Positions 27,835 through 40,176 are shown, numbered from the stretch's first letter. The stretch is DNA of 64,000 bases from an uncultured Bacilli bacterium (GCA_934096815.1 CAKOMY010000001.1:156614-220613), one strand, 5' to 3'. Notes: generated from the sequence alone by a model not told the origin. Made by a program: numbers and translations.

Positions 27835-29469
27835 ATGGATTATGAAAAACTTGCTAATTTATTATATCCTGATGTTAATTTAACTATTGAAGATTTAGAA
27901 AAAAGATATCCTAAAAGAAATTTAGATGAAAAAGCTGAAGTATGTAGATTTGCACCAAGTCCAACTGGTAGAATGCATATGGGAAATTTATTTGCTTCAT
28001 TTGTACCAGAGAGACTTGCTCATCAAACAAATGGTGTATTTATTTTAAGAATTGAAGATACTGATGATAAGAGAACTATTGATGATGGTATTAATTTAAT
28101 TATAAGTGATTTAAAAGAATATAATTATAGAGTTGATGAGGGACCTATTAATGGTGGAGAGTATGGACCTTATATTCAAAGTCAAAGAAAAGAAATATAT
28201 CATACAGTTGCTAAGTATTTGGTTTCTATTGGAAGAGCTTATCCTTGTTTTTGTTCAGAGGATGATTTAATTCATATGAGAGAAGAACAAGAAGCTTGTA
28301 AAGATAGAATTGGTTATTATGGAAAATATGCTAAATGTCGTAATTTAAGTTATGATGAAATAAAAGAACATATTGATAATGGTGATAAATGGGTACTTAG
28401 GTTAAAATCTATGGGTGATTTTAATAAGAAATTTACTTTTAAAGATTTGATTAAAGGTACTATTGAATTACCTGAAAATGATTTAGATCAAGTATTAATT
28501 AAGTCTGATGGAGTTCCACCTTATGCTTTTGCTCATGTTTGTGATGACCATTTTATGAGAGTTACAACTGTTACAAGAGATGATTCTTATATTTCATCAG
28601 TACCATATCATTTAGAATTATGGAAGGCTTGTGGGTTTGATGCTCCTAAGTTTGCTCACTTGTTACCACTTAATAAAAAAGATGGTGACACTGTTCGAAA
28701 ACTTAGTAAAAGAAAAGATCCTGAAGCAGCAGTTGCCTTTTATCATGAAAGAGGAATTCCAGTTGAAGCAGTTAAATTATATTTTGCTACTTTATTAAAT
28801 TCTAATTTTGATGGATGGTTTATGCAAAATCAAGATAAGAATTATAATGATTTTATGTTTACATTTAATAAGATGTGTACAAGTGGAGGATCATTATTTG
28901 ATATTGAAAAATTAATTAATATATCTAAAAATTATTTAAGTAGATTAAGTGCAAAAGAAGTATTTGATAATTTAGATAATTGGTCTAAAGAGTTTGATAA
29001 AGATTTTAATGAACTAATTAATAAATATAAAGAATATACAATTAATATTTTAAATATTGAGAGAGAACAAAAGAAGCCAAGAAAGGATTTTGCTTGTTAT
29101 AGTGAAATAAAAGATAATATTTGGTATATGTATGATGAATTATTTGATTCAAATATGGTTAAATTTGAAGTTAAAAACGTAGATGAAATTGGTGATATTT
29201 TAAACTCTTATGCTAATAAATATTATGATGAAAATGATTCTAAGGAAGAATGGTTTAATAAAATTAAATTATTATGTGATGAATTTGGTTATATAACTGA
29301 TATGAAAGTATATAAGGAAAATCCTGATTCATATAAAGGAAGTATAGCTGATATATCAAATATTATAAGAGTAGCGTTAACTACTAAAACAACTACACCT
29401 GATTTATATGAAATAATGAAATTATTAGGTAAAGATAGAGTTATGAAAAGATTAAACAATCTAAAATAG
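27835..29469 (+). CDS. gltX: Glutamate--tRNA ligase, divergent (HMGN in place of HIGG, ~30-aa N-terminal extension, 544 aa)
   Basis: RFAPSPTGRMHMGNLF is the class I HIGH region. ILRIEDTDDKR and KLSKRK (the KMSKS motif) are present. The overall match is to GluRS rather than GlnRS, judged by PSPTG. Confidence 0.8.
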   Translation: MDYEKLANLLYPDVNLTIEDLEKRYPKRNLDEKAEVCRFAPSPTGRMHMGNLFASFVPERLAHQTNGVFILRIEDTDDKRTIDDGINLIISDLKEYNYRVDEGPINGGEYGPYIQSQRKEIYHTVAKYLVSIGRAYPCFCSEDDLIHMREEQEACKDRIGYYGKYAKCRNLSYDEIKEHIDNGDKWVLRLKSMGDFNKKFTFKDLIKGTIELPENDLDQVLIKSDGVPPYAFAHVCDDHFMRVTTVTRDDSYISSVPYHLELWKACGFDAPKFAHLLPLNKKDGDTVRKLSKRKDPEAAVAFYHERGIPVEAVKLYFATLLNSNFDGWFMQNQDKNYNDFMFTFNKMCTSGGSLFDIEKLINISKNYLSRLSAKEVFDNLDNWSKEFDKDFNELINKYKEYTINILNIEREQKKPRKDFACYSEIKDNIWYMYDELFDSNMVKFEVKNVDEIGDILNSYANKYYDENDSKEEWFNKIKLLCDEFGYITDMKVYKENPDSYKGSIADISNIIRVALTTKTTTPDLYEIMKLLGKDRVMKRLNNLK

Positions 29470-29490
29470 GTTGTTTTTCTTTTGGTGTTA

Positions 29491-29574
29491 TAGTGAACAA
29501 TTTTTAATATTTATGTAAAATTGTTCAGTTAAGTGAACAAAAATGTTTACTTTTGTAAAATTGTTCACTATAAT
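29491..29574. promoter_or_regulatory. Two tandem palindromic operator-like units (GTGAACAA ... TTGTTCA) overlapping a TATAAT box
   Basis: Unit 1 is 29491-29528 and unit 2 is 29531-29568. Each has GTGAACAA and its reverse complement about 20 nt apart. TATAAT at 29569-29574, 20 nt before the AAA+ ATPase gene. Confidence 0.55.
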
Positions 29575-29593
29575 GTAATTAGGTGATGCATTT

Positions 29594-30787
29594 ATGATAA
29601 CTCGTAATCATTATATTGAACAAATTAAAGGATTTTATGATTCTGATTTGATTAAAATAATTGTAGGAATAAGAAGAAGTGGTAAGTCTATAATTTTAGA
29701 ACAAATTATGGACGACATTAAAAGTAAGACTGATAATATTATATATTTGAACTTTGAAGATGAAGCAATAACTACAAATATTTATAATGCAGAAACATTA
29801 ATTAAATATGTTAATGATAATCGTAAAGAAGGAAAATGTTATATCTTTTTAGATGAAATACAATTAATTGATAATTGGAATAATGCAGTTAAAAGTTTAA
29901 GATTACATAATAATTCTATATTTATAACTGGATCTAATTCTAAATTGTTATCTAAAGAATATACTGATGCATTTAGTGGTAGATATGTTTCATTTAGAAT
30001 TCATCCTTTTGTATATAAAGAAATACTAGAATATTCAAAAGAACTTGGAATTGAAGTCAGCCCTATTGATTATTTAATATGGGGTGGTTTTCCTAAAAGG
30101 TTTGAATTTAAAGAAAAAGATATGATTAGGTATTTAAATGATTTAAATGAAAGTATAATTGTTAAAGATTTAATATTAAGATTTAAAATTCAAAATGAAG
30201 AATTATTTAAAAGAATTGTTAATTATACTTTAATATCTAATTCTAGGATTTTTTCTGCAAGAAGTATAGAAGGTTATTTAAAAAATGAACATATAGATGC
30301 TTCTATAAATACGATTATTAAATATTTAGGATATTTAGAGGAGGCTTGTGTTATAAATCGAATTAAACCTTATTCTTCTAAGACTAAGAGTGAATTATCA
30401 TATTATTTTAAAGTTTATAATGAAGATGTTTCTTTTAACTCAATTAGATGTATGAATAATAGATATGATTTAACTCATAATTTAGAAAATATTGTTTATA
30501 ATGAATTAATTTATATGGACTATGAACTTAAGGTACTTAAAAAAGATGCTGATGATAAAGAAATAGATTTTATTGCTTATAAAGATGGAAAAAAATATTA
30601 TATTCAAGTTGCTTATAGTGTTGCTGATGATAAGGCTTATGAAAGAGAATTTGGAGCTTTTGAAAAATTAGATAATAGTAGCAAAAAGATACTAATTACT
30701 AATGATGATATAGATTATTCAACTAGTTTGGTTACACATATTAAATTTAAAGATTTTTTGTTGTTTGATTCTTTAGATGATTGTTAA
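29594..30787 (+). CDS. AAA+ ATPase of the AAA_14/DUF4143 family
   Basis: Walker A GIRRSGKS, Walker B YIFLDEIQ, and a C-terminal DUF4143-like region. Confidence 0.75.
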   Translation: MITRNHYIEQIKGFYDSDLIKIIVGIRRSGKSIILEQIMDDIKSKTDNIIYLNFEDEAITTNIYNAETLIKYVNDNRKEGKCYIFLDEIQLIDNWNNAVKSLRLHNNSIFITGSNSKLLSKEYTDAFSGRYVSFRIHPFVYKEILEYSKELGIEVSPIDYLIWGGFPKRFEFKEKDMIRYLNDLNESIIVKDLILRFKIQNEELFKRIVNYTLISNSRIFSARSIEGYLKNEHIDASINTIIKYLGYLEEACVINRIKPYSSKTKSELSYYFKVYNEDVSFNSIRCMNNRYDLTHNLENIVYNELIYMDYELKVLKKDADDKEIDFIAYKDGKKYYIQVAYSVADDKAYEREFGAFEKLDNSSKKILITNDDIDYSTSLVTHIKFKDFLLFDSLDDC

Positions 30788-30854
30788 AAATAGTATGATT
30801 TTCTTAAGAATTTTGTTAAAATATGAAATGTAATTGAGGAAGGATGGTTTTGGT

Positions 30855-31688
30855 ATGGCTTTTAAATCAAATAATATTAGAAATAGAATAAATACTAAGA
30901 AAGAATTGGTTAAATTATTAAAAAGTTATGAAGATATATTATCTATTCAAATGGTGGACTATTTAAAATCTTTAATAGATTTAGAATTTTCTGTTGTGAG
31001 GAATAATATAAGTGATAAAGACAGAGTCGTTTTATCTGAATTACAGATATATAGAAAAGTTGCAATGTATAATATTTATAATCGAGCACTTTATCTTTTT
31101 AATAAAAGTAATATTGATCTTGTTATAGATGATGATTTAGCTTTAACGATATACACTTCAATAAAAGAAAAAAATATTAAATTATTTGATTTTGATTACA
31201 ATCTTTATGCAAATAATTTTGATTTAATATTTAACTTACCTGGGGATTATAAATGTTTGTCTGTTGGTAATATATCATTATTTCAAACGTTTGATAATGA
31301 TGAACAAAGGAATCTTGAATTAAAGAATGTAATGAGTATATTAGAAAATTTATATAATAGAAAAAATCCATATTCTAGTTCTTCTGATTATGATAAGTAT
31401 AATTATTTACGTTGGAATTCTGAACATTATAAAAAAATTCATGAATATGAAGAAAAGTATAGACAATTAGATTGTAAGAAAGAATTGACTGATGAAGAAA
31501 AAAGAGAAGTAGAAATTACTAAATATTTTAATGAATTATTATTAGAAGATTATGGATTGACACGTAATAGTTTTATTGAAGAAAAGAATGGAATTAATTT
31601 TGATCCTTATAAAGTAAGTGAACTTAAAAAAACACTTGTTAAAAAAATGCCAAATTTAACTATTACTAATCATATTAAGTATTTGTAA
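30855..31688 (+). CDS. Hypothetical protein
   Basis: GAGGAAGGA RBS followed by an ATG at 30855. No motif. Confidence 0.4.
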   Translation: MAFKSNNIRNRINTKKELVKLLKSYEDILSIQMVDYLKSLIDLEFSVVRNNISDKDRVVLSELQIYRKVAMYNIYNRALYLFNKSNIDLVIDDDLALTIYTSIKEKNIKLFDFDYNLYANNFDLIFNLPGDYKCLSVGNISLFQTFDNDEQRNLELKNVMSILENLYNRKNPYSSSSDYDKYNYLRWNSEHYKKIHEYEEKYRQLDCKKELTDEEKREVEITKYFNELLLEDYGLTRNSFIEEKNGINFDPYKVSELKKTLVKKMPNLTITNHIKYL

Positions 31689-31709
31689 AATTGTATTTTA
31701 TAATTATAA

Positions 31710-31738
31710 AAGATAGCTTATTTTATAGCTATTTTTTA
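31710..31738 (+). terminator. Terminator upstream of pcrA
   Basis: ATAGCT-loop-AGCTAT followed by a T-run. Confidence 0.6.
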
Positions 31739-31836
31739 TTTAATTATTTTTTGTGAAATTTTTGTTTGTTCGATAGACACAAAATTTAATATTTGTTAAA
31801 ATTGATGTTAGTGAAAATACTTGGAGGTATTGTGTT

Positions 31837-33915
31837 ATGAATGATTTACTTAAAAATTTAAATGATGAACAAATAGAGGCTGTTAAACATAATGAAGGAC
31901 CTTGTTTAGTACTAGCTGGGGCTGGTTCTGGTAAGACAAAGGTTTTAACTAATCGTATTGCTTATTTGATAGAAAATGGCGTAAGAGATTATAATATTTT
32001 AGCTATTACATTTACAAATAAGGCTGCTAAAGAAATGAGAGATAGAGTTTATAATTTAGTTGGAGATGTTGCTTCTTTTATTGGAACTTTTCACTCATTA
32101 GGCTTGAGAATTATTAGAGAAAATTGTGGATATTTAAATTTACCTTCTAATTTTAGTATTATTGATAGTGATGATGTATTAACTGTTATTAAGAAGATTC
32201 TTAAAGATATGAATTTAGATACAAAACAATATAGTCCTTCTTATATTAGAAATAGAATATCTTTTATAAAGAATCAAATGCTTAGTGAAATGGAACTTGA
32301 TAAGTTTTTTAATACGCCTATAGATAAAATAGTTGTAGATGTATACTATAAATATAACGAAAGACTTATTGCTAGTGCGGCAGTTGACTTTGATGATTTA
32401 TTATTAATGCCTGTTAGGTTATTTGAACATAATAAAGAGATACTTGAACATTATCAAGAAAGATATAAATATATATTAATTGATGAGTATCAGGATACAA
32501 ATCCAGTTCAGTATAAGTTATCTAAATTACTTGCAAGTAAATATAAAAATATATTTGTTGTTGGTGATATGAATCAAAGTATTTATGCATTTAGACAAGC
32601 AGATTATCATAACATAGTTAATTTTGAAAAAGATTATGCTAATGCGAAAACAATTAAGTTAGAACATAATTATAGAAGTACAAATAATATTTTAAATGCG
32701 GCTAATGATGTAATAAGTCATAATAAGGAAAGAAAAGATTTAAGGTTATATTCTGATAAAGGTGATGGTCCTAAAATCACTTATTTAAGAAGTTATGATG
32801 AAAAACATGAAATATCTTTAGTTATAGATGAAATTAATAAATTATATTTAGATGGTTATGAACCTAAAGATGTAGCTATTCTATATAGAACTAATGCTCA
32901 ATCAAGAACTATTGAAGAGGTGTTTGCTTCTAAAGGTATTCCTTATAAAATTTATGGTAGTTATTATTTCTATAATAGAAAAGAAATTAAAGATTTAATA
33001 TCTTATTTAAAATTAATTTATAATGATAAAGATGAAATTAGTTTAAGAAGAATTATAAATGTACCTAAAAGAGGTATTGGAGATAGTGCTATTAAAGATA
33101 TTGAACTTAGAGCTAATTTAAATCAGTGTAGTATGTATGATGCACTTGAAAGTAAGAAAGAATTGGAGTTTAAAGATATAATTGAATCTATTAAGAAAAC
33201 TAGTGAAAATTTATCGTTAACAGAGTTGATTGATGAAGTTCTTGATAAATCAGGAATGAAGAAAGAACTTGAAGATAGTCATTTAATTGAAGATGAAACT
33301 AGATTAGAGAACCTAATGGAATTTAAAAGTATAACTGCTTCTTATGAAGAGAGAACTGGCTCTGTTAATTTAGGAGACTTTTTAGAAGAGATATCTTTAG
33401 TTTCTGATCAAGCTAATCATACGGAAGATGGCAATGTAGTTACTTTAATGACTTTACATAGTGCGAAGGGGCTTGAATTTCCAGTTGTGTTTATGGTTGG
33501 AATGGAAGAAGGTATTTTTCCTCATAATATGTCTATTATGGAAGATAATATTGAAGAAGAAAGAAGACTTTGTTATGTAGGAATAACTAGAGCTAAAGAA
33601 AAACTTTATTTAACAAACGCTAAGAGAAGAATGCTTTATGGTAAAGATCAAATGAATGTACCTTCTAGATTTATTGCAGAAATTAAAGATGATTTACTGG
33701 AAAAGAATGAAATAAATAAAGAAGAAAAGATTTTTAAAAAGGGTGAAATGTATACTAAAGATAATAGTGATATTGTTAAAGGTAGTATTATTGATCATAC
33801 AGAATATGGACTTGGGGCTGTAATTGATGTTAGTGGTAGCTTAATAACTGTGGCTTTTAAGTGTGGTGTTAAAAAATTAATGAAGAATCATAAAAGTATT
33901 ACGAAAGTTAGCTAA
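31837..33915 (+). CDS. pcrA: ATP-dependent DNA helicase PcrA
   Basis: All SF1 motifs are present (AGAGSGKTKVL, ILIDEYQDTN, VGDMNQSIYAFRQA, MTLHSAKGLEF, VGITRAKEKLYL). pcrA-ligA synteny. Confidence 0.92.
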   Translation: MNDLLKNLNDEQIEAVKHNEGPCLVLAGAGSGKTKVLTNRIAYLIENGVRDYNILAITFTNKAAKEMRDRVYNLVGDVASFIGTFHSLGLRIIRENCGYLNLPSNFSIIDSDDVLTVIKKILKDMNLDTKQYSPSYIRNRISFIKNQMLSEMELDKFFNTPIDKIVVDVYYKYNERLIASAAVDFDDLLLMPVRLFEHNKEILEHYQERYKYILIDEYQDTNPVQYKLSKLLASKYKNIFVVGDMNQSIYAFRQADYHNIVNFEKDYANAKTIKLEHNYRSTNNILNAANDVISHNKERKDLRLYSDKGDGPKITYLRSYDEKHEISLVIDEINKLYLDGYEPKDVAILYRTNAQSRTIEEVFASKGIPYKIYGSYYFYNRKEIKDLISYLKLIYNDKDEISLRRIINVPKRGIGDSAIKDIELRANLNQCSMYDALESKKELEFKDIIESIKKTSENLSLTELIDEVLDKSGMKKELEDSHLIEDETRLENLMEFKSITASYEERTGSVNLGDFLEEISLVSDQANHTEDGNVVTLMTLHSAKGLEFPVVFMVGMEEGIFPHNMSIMEDNIEEERRLCYVGITRAKEKLYLTNAKRRMLYGKDQMNVPSRFIAEIKDDLLEKNEINKEEKIFKKGEMYTKDNSDIVKGSIIDHTEYGLGAVIDVSGSLITVAFKCGVKKLMKNHKSITKVS

Positions 33916-33946
33916 ATTTGTAGTTAACTTTTTTTATTATTTTTGA

Positions 33947-35953
<2,007 letters not shown>

Positions 35954-36012
35954 CAAATTATGTAAACTAGAAATATATAATAAGATATAGTATAATGAAT
36001 TTGAGGTGTTAT

Positions 36013-36483
36013 ATGAATAATATAAAAAAGTTTTATAAAAATAACCGTATTTATTGTATTTTAATGGGAATAAGTATATTTTGTCTTGCTATTATAGCTG
36101 TACTTTGTATAATTTATTTTGTCAATCAAACTAAAAATGATAAGTATGGAGATAGATTAAATGGAATTGAATCAGTTCAAATTACTGAAGATAAGACAAA
36201 TGAGATGGTTAATTTAATTAAAGAAAATGAATTAGTAGATAATGCTAGTGTTAGTATAAAAGGAAAAATAATTTATATAACTGTTTCATTAAAAGATGGA
36301 AAAGTTACTGATGCTCAATCTATTGCGGTTAAATCATTATCTTCTTTAAGCGAAGATGAAAAAGCATTTTACGATATTAATTTTGCTTTTACTAAAAATG
36401 ATGATGATACTTTCCCTATTATGGGTTATAAAAAGAGTGATGCTACTATAATTTCTTGGTCTAGAGTTAATGGTGAAGAGTAA
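36013..36483 (+). CDS. Membrane-anchored hypothetical protein
   Basis: GAGGTG RBS. One TM helix. Its TAATG stop overlaps the start of the next gene. Confidence 0.45.
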   Translation: MNNIKKFYKNNRIYCILMGISIFCLAIIAVLCIIYFVNQTKNDKYGDRLNGIESVQITEDKTNEMVNLIKENELVDNASVSIKGKIIYITVSLKDGKVTDAQSIAVKSLSSLSEDEKAFYDINFAFTKNDDDTFPIMGYKKSDATIISWSRVNGEE

Positions 36484-38504
36484 TGAAAAAGGCTAAAAAA
36501 ATTATAATTATTATTGTATCTCTTTTATTAATAGTTGGTGTTGGATGTTTTATATATTTTAATTATTTATATGATTCTAATAAGTTAAATATTAAAGAAA
36601 AAGAGTGGATAAATAATAATGCGAATAAGGTTGTATCATTTGGAATACCTGCTAATATAAATAATTTTAGTAAAAATGGTAGTGGTGTTTTTTATGATTT
36701 TACTAGTGATTTAGAAAGTGAATATAAGTTAAATATTAATGATAATACTTATAATACTTTTGATAATAGTTTAGGCTTTTATGTAACAAATAAAGAATCT
36801 GCTAATGATTTATTATTTTATAAAGATTTTTATGTTTTAGTAAGTAAAGATGATAAGGTTATTACTAATATTAATAATATTAGATCTGAGAAGATAGGGA
36901 CGTTAAATGATTATTCTACTGTATTAACAAGTAATACTGATTTTGTTGGAACTATAAGTCTTGCTAATAATAAAGATTCTTTGTTAAGTGATTTTAATGC
37001 ATCTAATTATAGTTATATATTTATACCTTTAAATGAATATATAGATGAAATTATAAGTAATAATTATAAAGTTGTTTATCAATTTGAAAATATTCCAATT
37101 TATTATTATTTACATTTAGGAACAGATAAAACTTTTAATAGTGTTATTACTAAATTTTATAATGAATGGGGAAATAAATTAGAAGAAAATTATTATAGAC
37201 ATTTGTTTAATATATATAAAAATGAGCTTTCATTAACTGATTTAGATATTGATTCCTTTACAAAAAATGTTTATAACTTTGGATTTGTAAACAAAACTCC
37301 ATTTATTGCTGGTAATGGGAATAAAGTTGGAGGTATATTGGCTGAATATTTAAAGGAATTTAGTAAATTAACTGATAGTGAATTTAATTTTATATCATAT
37401 AAAACTGCTACTGATTTGGATAAGGGGTATAATAATGGAAAATTAGATTTAATATTTAATGATAGTAGTAATAATGATGGAGTTATTAAGACAAATATTA
37501 ATGAAAAATTCTATATTATTGGTAGTGATAAGGAAGAACTTTTTTATGCAAATTTAAATTTAATTAATGATAAAACTATATGTGTTATTGATAATAGTAA
37601 TTTAGCTAGTTATTTAGGTAATTATACTAATTTAAAATTAGAAAAAGTTAAAAATGAAGGTAAATTATCTAGATGTGCAAATAAGAATAAATTAGTTGCT
37701 GTTGATGCTATCACTTATGATTATTTTAATAATAGTAAAGTTAAAAATTATCATATAGTTTATAGTGGCTATAATAGTGTTAATTATAGTTTTAAATATA
37801 AGAATAGTGATGATGCTTTTTCTAAAGTATTTAGTTCATATATTAATACATTAGGTTTTAATAAAATGGAAATTAGAGGTATTACTTCATATAAAAGTGT
37901 TAGTGGAACTGTTAGTATTATTACAATGCTTGCTAAGTATATATTAATACTTAGTGGTGTTGGTATATTAGTTGTAGGTGTTATGGTTTATTCTAAGAAA
38001 AAAGTTAAATTAAATACTAAGATTAAAAAGGATGAAAAATTAAAATTTGTAGATATGTTGACATCTTTAAAAAATAGAAATTATTTAAATGAGAGAATTG
38101 AGATATGGAATCAAAACACTATTTATCCTCAGGCTATAATTGTTATTGATTTAAATAATATTAAATATTTAAATGATACTTTTGGTCATGAAGAGGGAGA
38201 TAAGCAAATAATGGCAGCTGCTAATGTTTTACATCAAAATCAATTAGATAATACTGAAATTATGAGAACTGATGGTAATGAATTTATGATTTATTTAGTT
38301 GGTTATAATGAGAAACAAGTTGTGAATTATATTAAAAAATTAGTTAAAGAATTTAATAATTTACCTTATGAATATGGAGCAGCAATTGGTTTTAGTATGA
38401 TTGTTGATGATTTGAAATTAATAGATGATGCTATTAATGAGGCTTCGCTTCTTATGAGGGAAAATAAAGAAATTGAGTATAGTGAAAATGAAAAACAAAG
38501 TTAA
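36483..38504 (+). CDS. Sensor protein: TM, large extracytoplasmic domain, TM, then a cytoplasmic degenerate GGDEF domain
   Basis: C-terminal region LNDTFGHEEGDK ... RTDGNEFMIYL ... AAIGFS aligns to GGDEF, with DGNEF replacing GG(D/E)EF. Confidence 0.65.
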   Translation: MKKAKKIIIIIVSLLLIVGVGCFIYFNYLYDSNKLNIKEKEWINNNANKVVSFGIPANINNFSKNGSGVFYDFTSDLESEYKLNINDNTYNTFDNSLGFYVTNKESANDLLFYKDFYVLVSKDDKVITNINNIRSEKIGTLNDYSTVLTSNTDFVGTISLANNKDSLLSDFNASNYSYIFIPLNEYIDEIISNNYKVVYQFENIPIYYYLHLGTDKTFNSVITKFYNEWGNKLEENYYRHLFNIYKNELSLTDLDIDSFTKNVYNFGFVNKTPFIAGNGNKVGGILAEYLKEFSKLTDSEFNFISYKTATDLDKGYNNGKLDLIFNDSSNNDGVIKTNINEKFYIIGSDKEELFYANLNLINDKTICVIDNSNLASYLGNYTNLKLEKVKNEGKLSRCANKNKLVAVDAITYDYFNNSKVKNYHIVYSGYNSVNYSFKYKNSDDAFSKVFSSYINTLGFNKMEIRGITSYKSVSGTVSIITMLAKYILILSGVGILVVGVMVYSKKKVKLNTKIKKDEKLKFVDMLTSLKNRNYLNERIEIWNQNTIYPQAIIVIDLNNIKYLNDTFGHEEGDKQIMAAANVLHQNQLDNTEIMRTDGNEFMIYLVGYNEKQVVNYIKKLVKEFNNLPYEYGAAIGFSMIVDDLKLIDDAINEASLLMRENKEIEYSENEKQS

Positions 38505-39348
38505 GAATGGATTTAATAATACTTTAACTAGATTTAAGCATTATATTATGAATGTAATTAAGATATTAAAAAAGCCGGAGATGGCCGTATTACCGGGACA
38601 ACTGGCTTTTTCTATAATATTATCTATTGTTCCTATTATTACACTTATAGGTTATGGAGCGTCTTATTTTAATATTTCAATGGATACTATAATTAATATG
38701 GTTAAAAGTAATTTTTCGGAAAATATAGTTAAGATGATTGTTCCTATAATTAGTGGTGATAGTATTGATTTAAATTTAATTATTATGTTGTGTTCAATGT
38801 TATATTTTGCATCAAATGGACCTAATTCAATAATTTTTGTTACGAATAGTATTTATGGATTTGAACAAACAAGTTGGATTAAAAGAAGAATTAAAGCAAT
38901 AGTTATGACTTTCTTAGTTATTGTACTTTATTTATTTATTCTTCTTGTACCGGTTTTTGGTAGTAAGATTATTGATGCAATAGATTATTTTAATATAAAG
39001 TCAGTATTAACTAGTTTACTTGGAATTATGCAAGGACCTATTTCATGGGTGATAATCTTTATTTTTATTAAAGTTATATTTACTATTGCACCTAATAAGA
39101 GTATTGATCCTGTTAGAATTAATGTTGGAGCTATATTTACTTCACTTGGTTTTATTTCTGTAACTCATTTCTATAGTTATTATGTTAGCCATTTTGCTAA
39201 GTATGATATATTTTATGCAGGACTATCTAGTGTTATGGTTCTACTTTTATGGATTTATTTTCTAAGTAATATATTAGTTATTGGAATATCACTTACGACA
39301 GAAGTTAAAGATGAAGATTTACCAAAAAGTGGAAAGTTAAATTTTTAA
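38473..39348 (+). CDS. YihY/BrkB-family membrane protein (formerly RNase BN-like)
   Basis: LPGQLAFSIILSIVP is the family signature, with 6 TM helices. The start is uncertain (38473, 38488 or 38548). Confidence 0.7.
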   Translation: MSIVKMKNKVKNGFNNTLTRFKHYIMNVIKILKKPEMAVLPGQLAFSIILSIVPIITLIGYGASYFNISMDTIINMVKSNFSENIVKMIVPIISGDSIDLNLIIMLCSMLYFASNGPNSIIFVTNSIYGFEQTSWIKRRIKAIVMTFLVIVLYLFILLVPVFGSKIIDAIDYFNIKSVLTSLLGIMQGPISWVIIFIFIKVIFTIAPNKSIDPVRINVGAIFTSLGFISVTHFYSYYVSHFAKYDIFYAGLSSVMVLLLWIYFLSNILVIGISLTTEVKDEDLPKSGKLNF

Positions 39349-39459
39349 ATTTAAGACATAATAAGAATGTGCACACGAATATTACTTAGTGCACGATTAA
39401 ATATTTTATGATATCAATCTAGTATTGTTGTACTAACGATATTGTAAAGTAATATTTGA

Positions 39460-39488
39460 GATGTACATTTAAATGTGCATCTTTTTTT
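39460..39488 (+). terminator. Rho-independent terminator
   Basis: GATGTACAT-TTAA-ATGTGCATC followed by T7. Confidence 0.6.
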
Positions 39489-39491
39489 GAT

Positions 39492-39540
39492 AGTTATCGA
39501 CCAAAATTAGTGCTCTGTATATTAAAAGTGGTCGATAACT
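39492..39540. repeat. Palindromic element, copy B (AGTTATCGACC-N27-GGTCGATAACT)
   Basis: Perfect 11-bp arms. It shares the AGTTATCGA/TCGATAACT core and overall length with copy A at 12187-12235. It lies about 70 nt upstream of gene 39611. Confidence 0.7.
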
Positions 39541-39610
39541 TTCATTTTTAATAAAATAATAGAATTTATTTAAATTATATGATAGTATTGATATTGAAGG
39601 TGGGATAATA

Positions 39611-40096
39611 ATGAAAAGTAAAAAATTAAAATCTATTAATTATGAAAGTAATGATACTAAAGAAATAAAAAGTTTAATTATTATTACTGTGGTAGTTGTT
39701 ATTATTGCTGTTGGATTATTTTTCTTAACTAATTATTTAAATAATAAGAAGACAAGTAGTAATACAAAAATTGATTATGATACTTGTATAGTTGGTAATA
39801 TGTTTAATAGACCTTATAATGAATATTATGTATTTTTATATAGTAGTACTGATAAAAATGCTTCTACATATAAAGGTTTAATTACATCATACAAAGATAA
39901 AGATGATGCTTTAAAAATATATTATGTTGATATGAATGATAAGTTTAATTCTGCATATTTAAGTGAAGCAAGTAATAAGAAACCAACTGATGTTAATGAG
40001 GTTAAAATTAAAGAATCTGCATTAATATTAATTAAAGATGGTAAAGTAGAAAAATATTATGAATCTTTAGAAGATTATAAAAACACTTTAAAATAG
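39611..40096 (+). CDS. Membrane-anchored hypothetical protein
   Basis: N-terminal TM followed by a ~120-aa extracytoplasmic domain. Confidence 0.45.
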   Translation: MKSKKLKSINYESNDTKEIKSLIIITVVVVIIAVGLFFLTNYLNNKKTSSNTKIDYDTCIVGNMFNRPYNEYYVFLYSSTDKNASTYKGLITSYKDKDDALKIYYVDMNDKFNSAYLSEASNKKPTDVNEVKIKESALILIKDGKVEKYYESLEDYKNTLK

Positions 40097-40176
40097 AACT
40101 TAGTGTAAAAACTTAAGTTTTTTTATTTGTTTTTTATAAAAATGTGATATTATGTTATTGTATAGGATATGGTAAT

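Noticed and set aside
29491-29574. LexA/Cheo-box reading of the GAAC...GTTC repeats.
   Set aside because: The Cheo box is GAAC-N4-GTTC. Here the half-sites are about 20 nt apart or in the wrong relative order, so this is not an SOS box.
39361-39400. GTGCAC ... GTGCAC paired palindromes after the YihY-family gene.
   Set aside because: These are two copies of a self-complementary 6-mer 17 nt apart. That is too short to distinguish from chance in this context. They are noted only as a possible weak operator.
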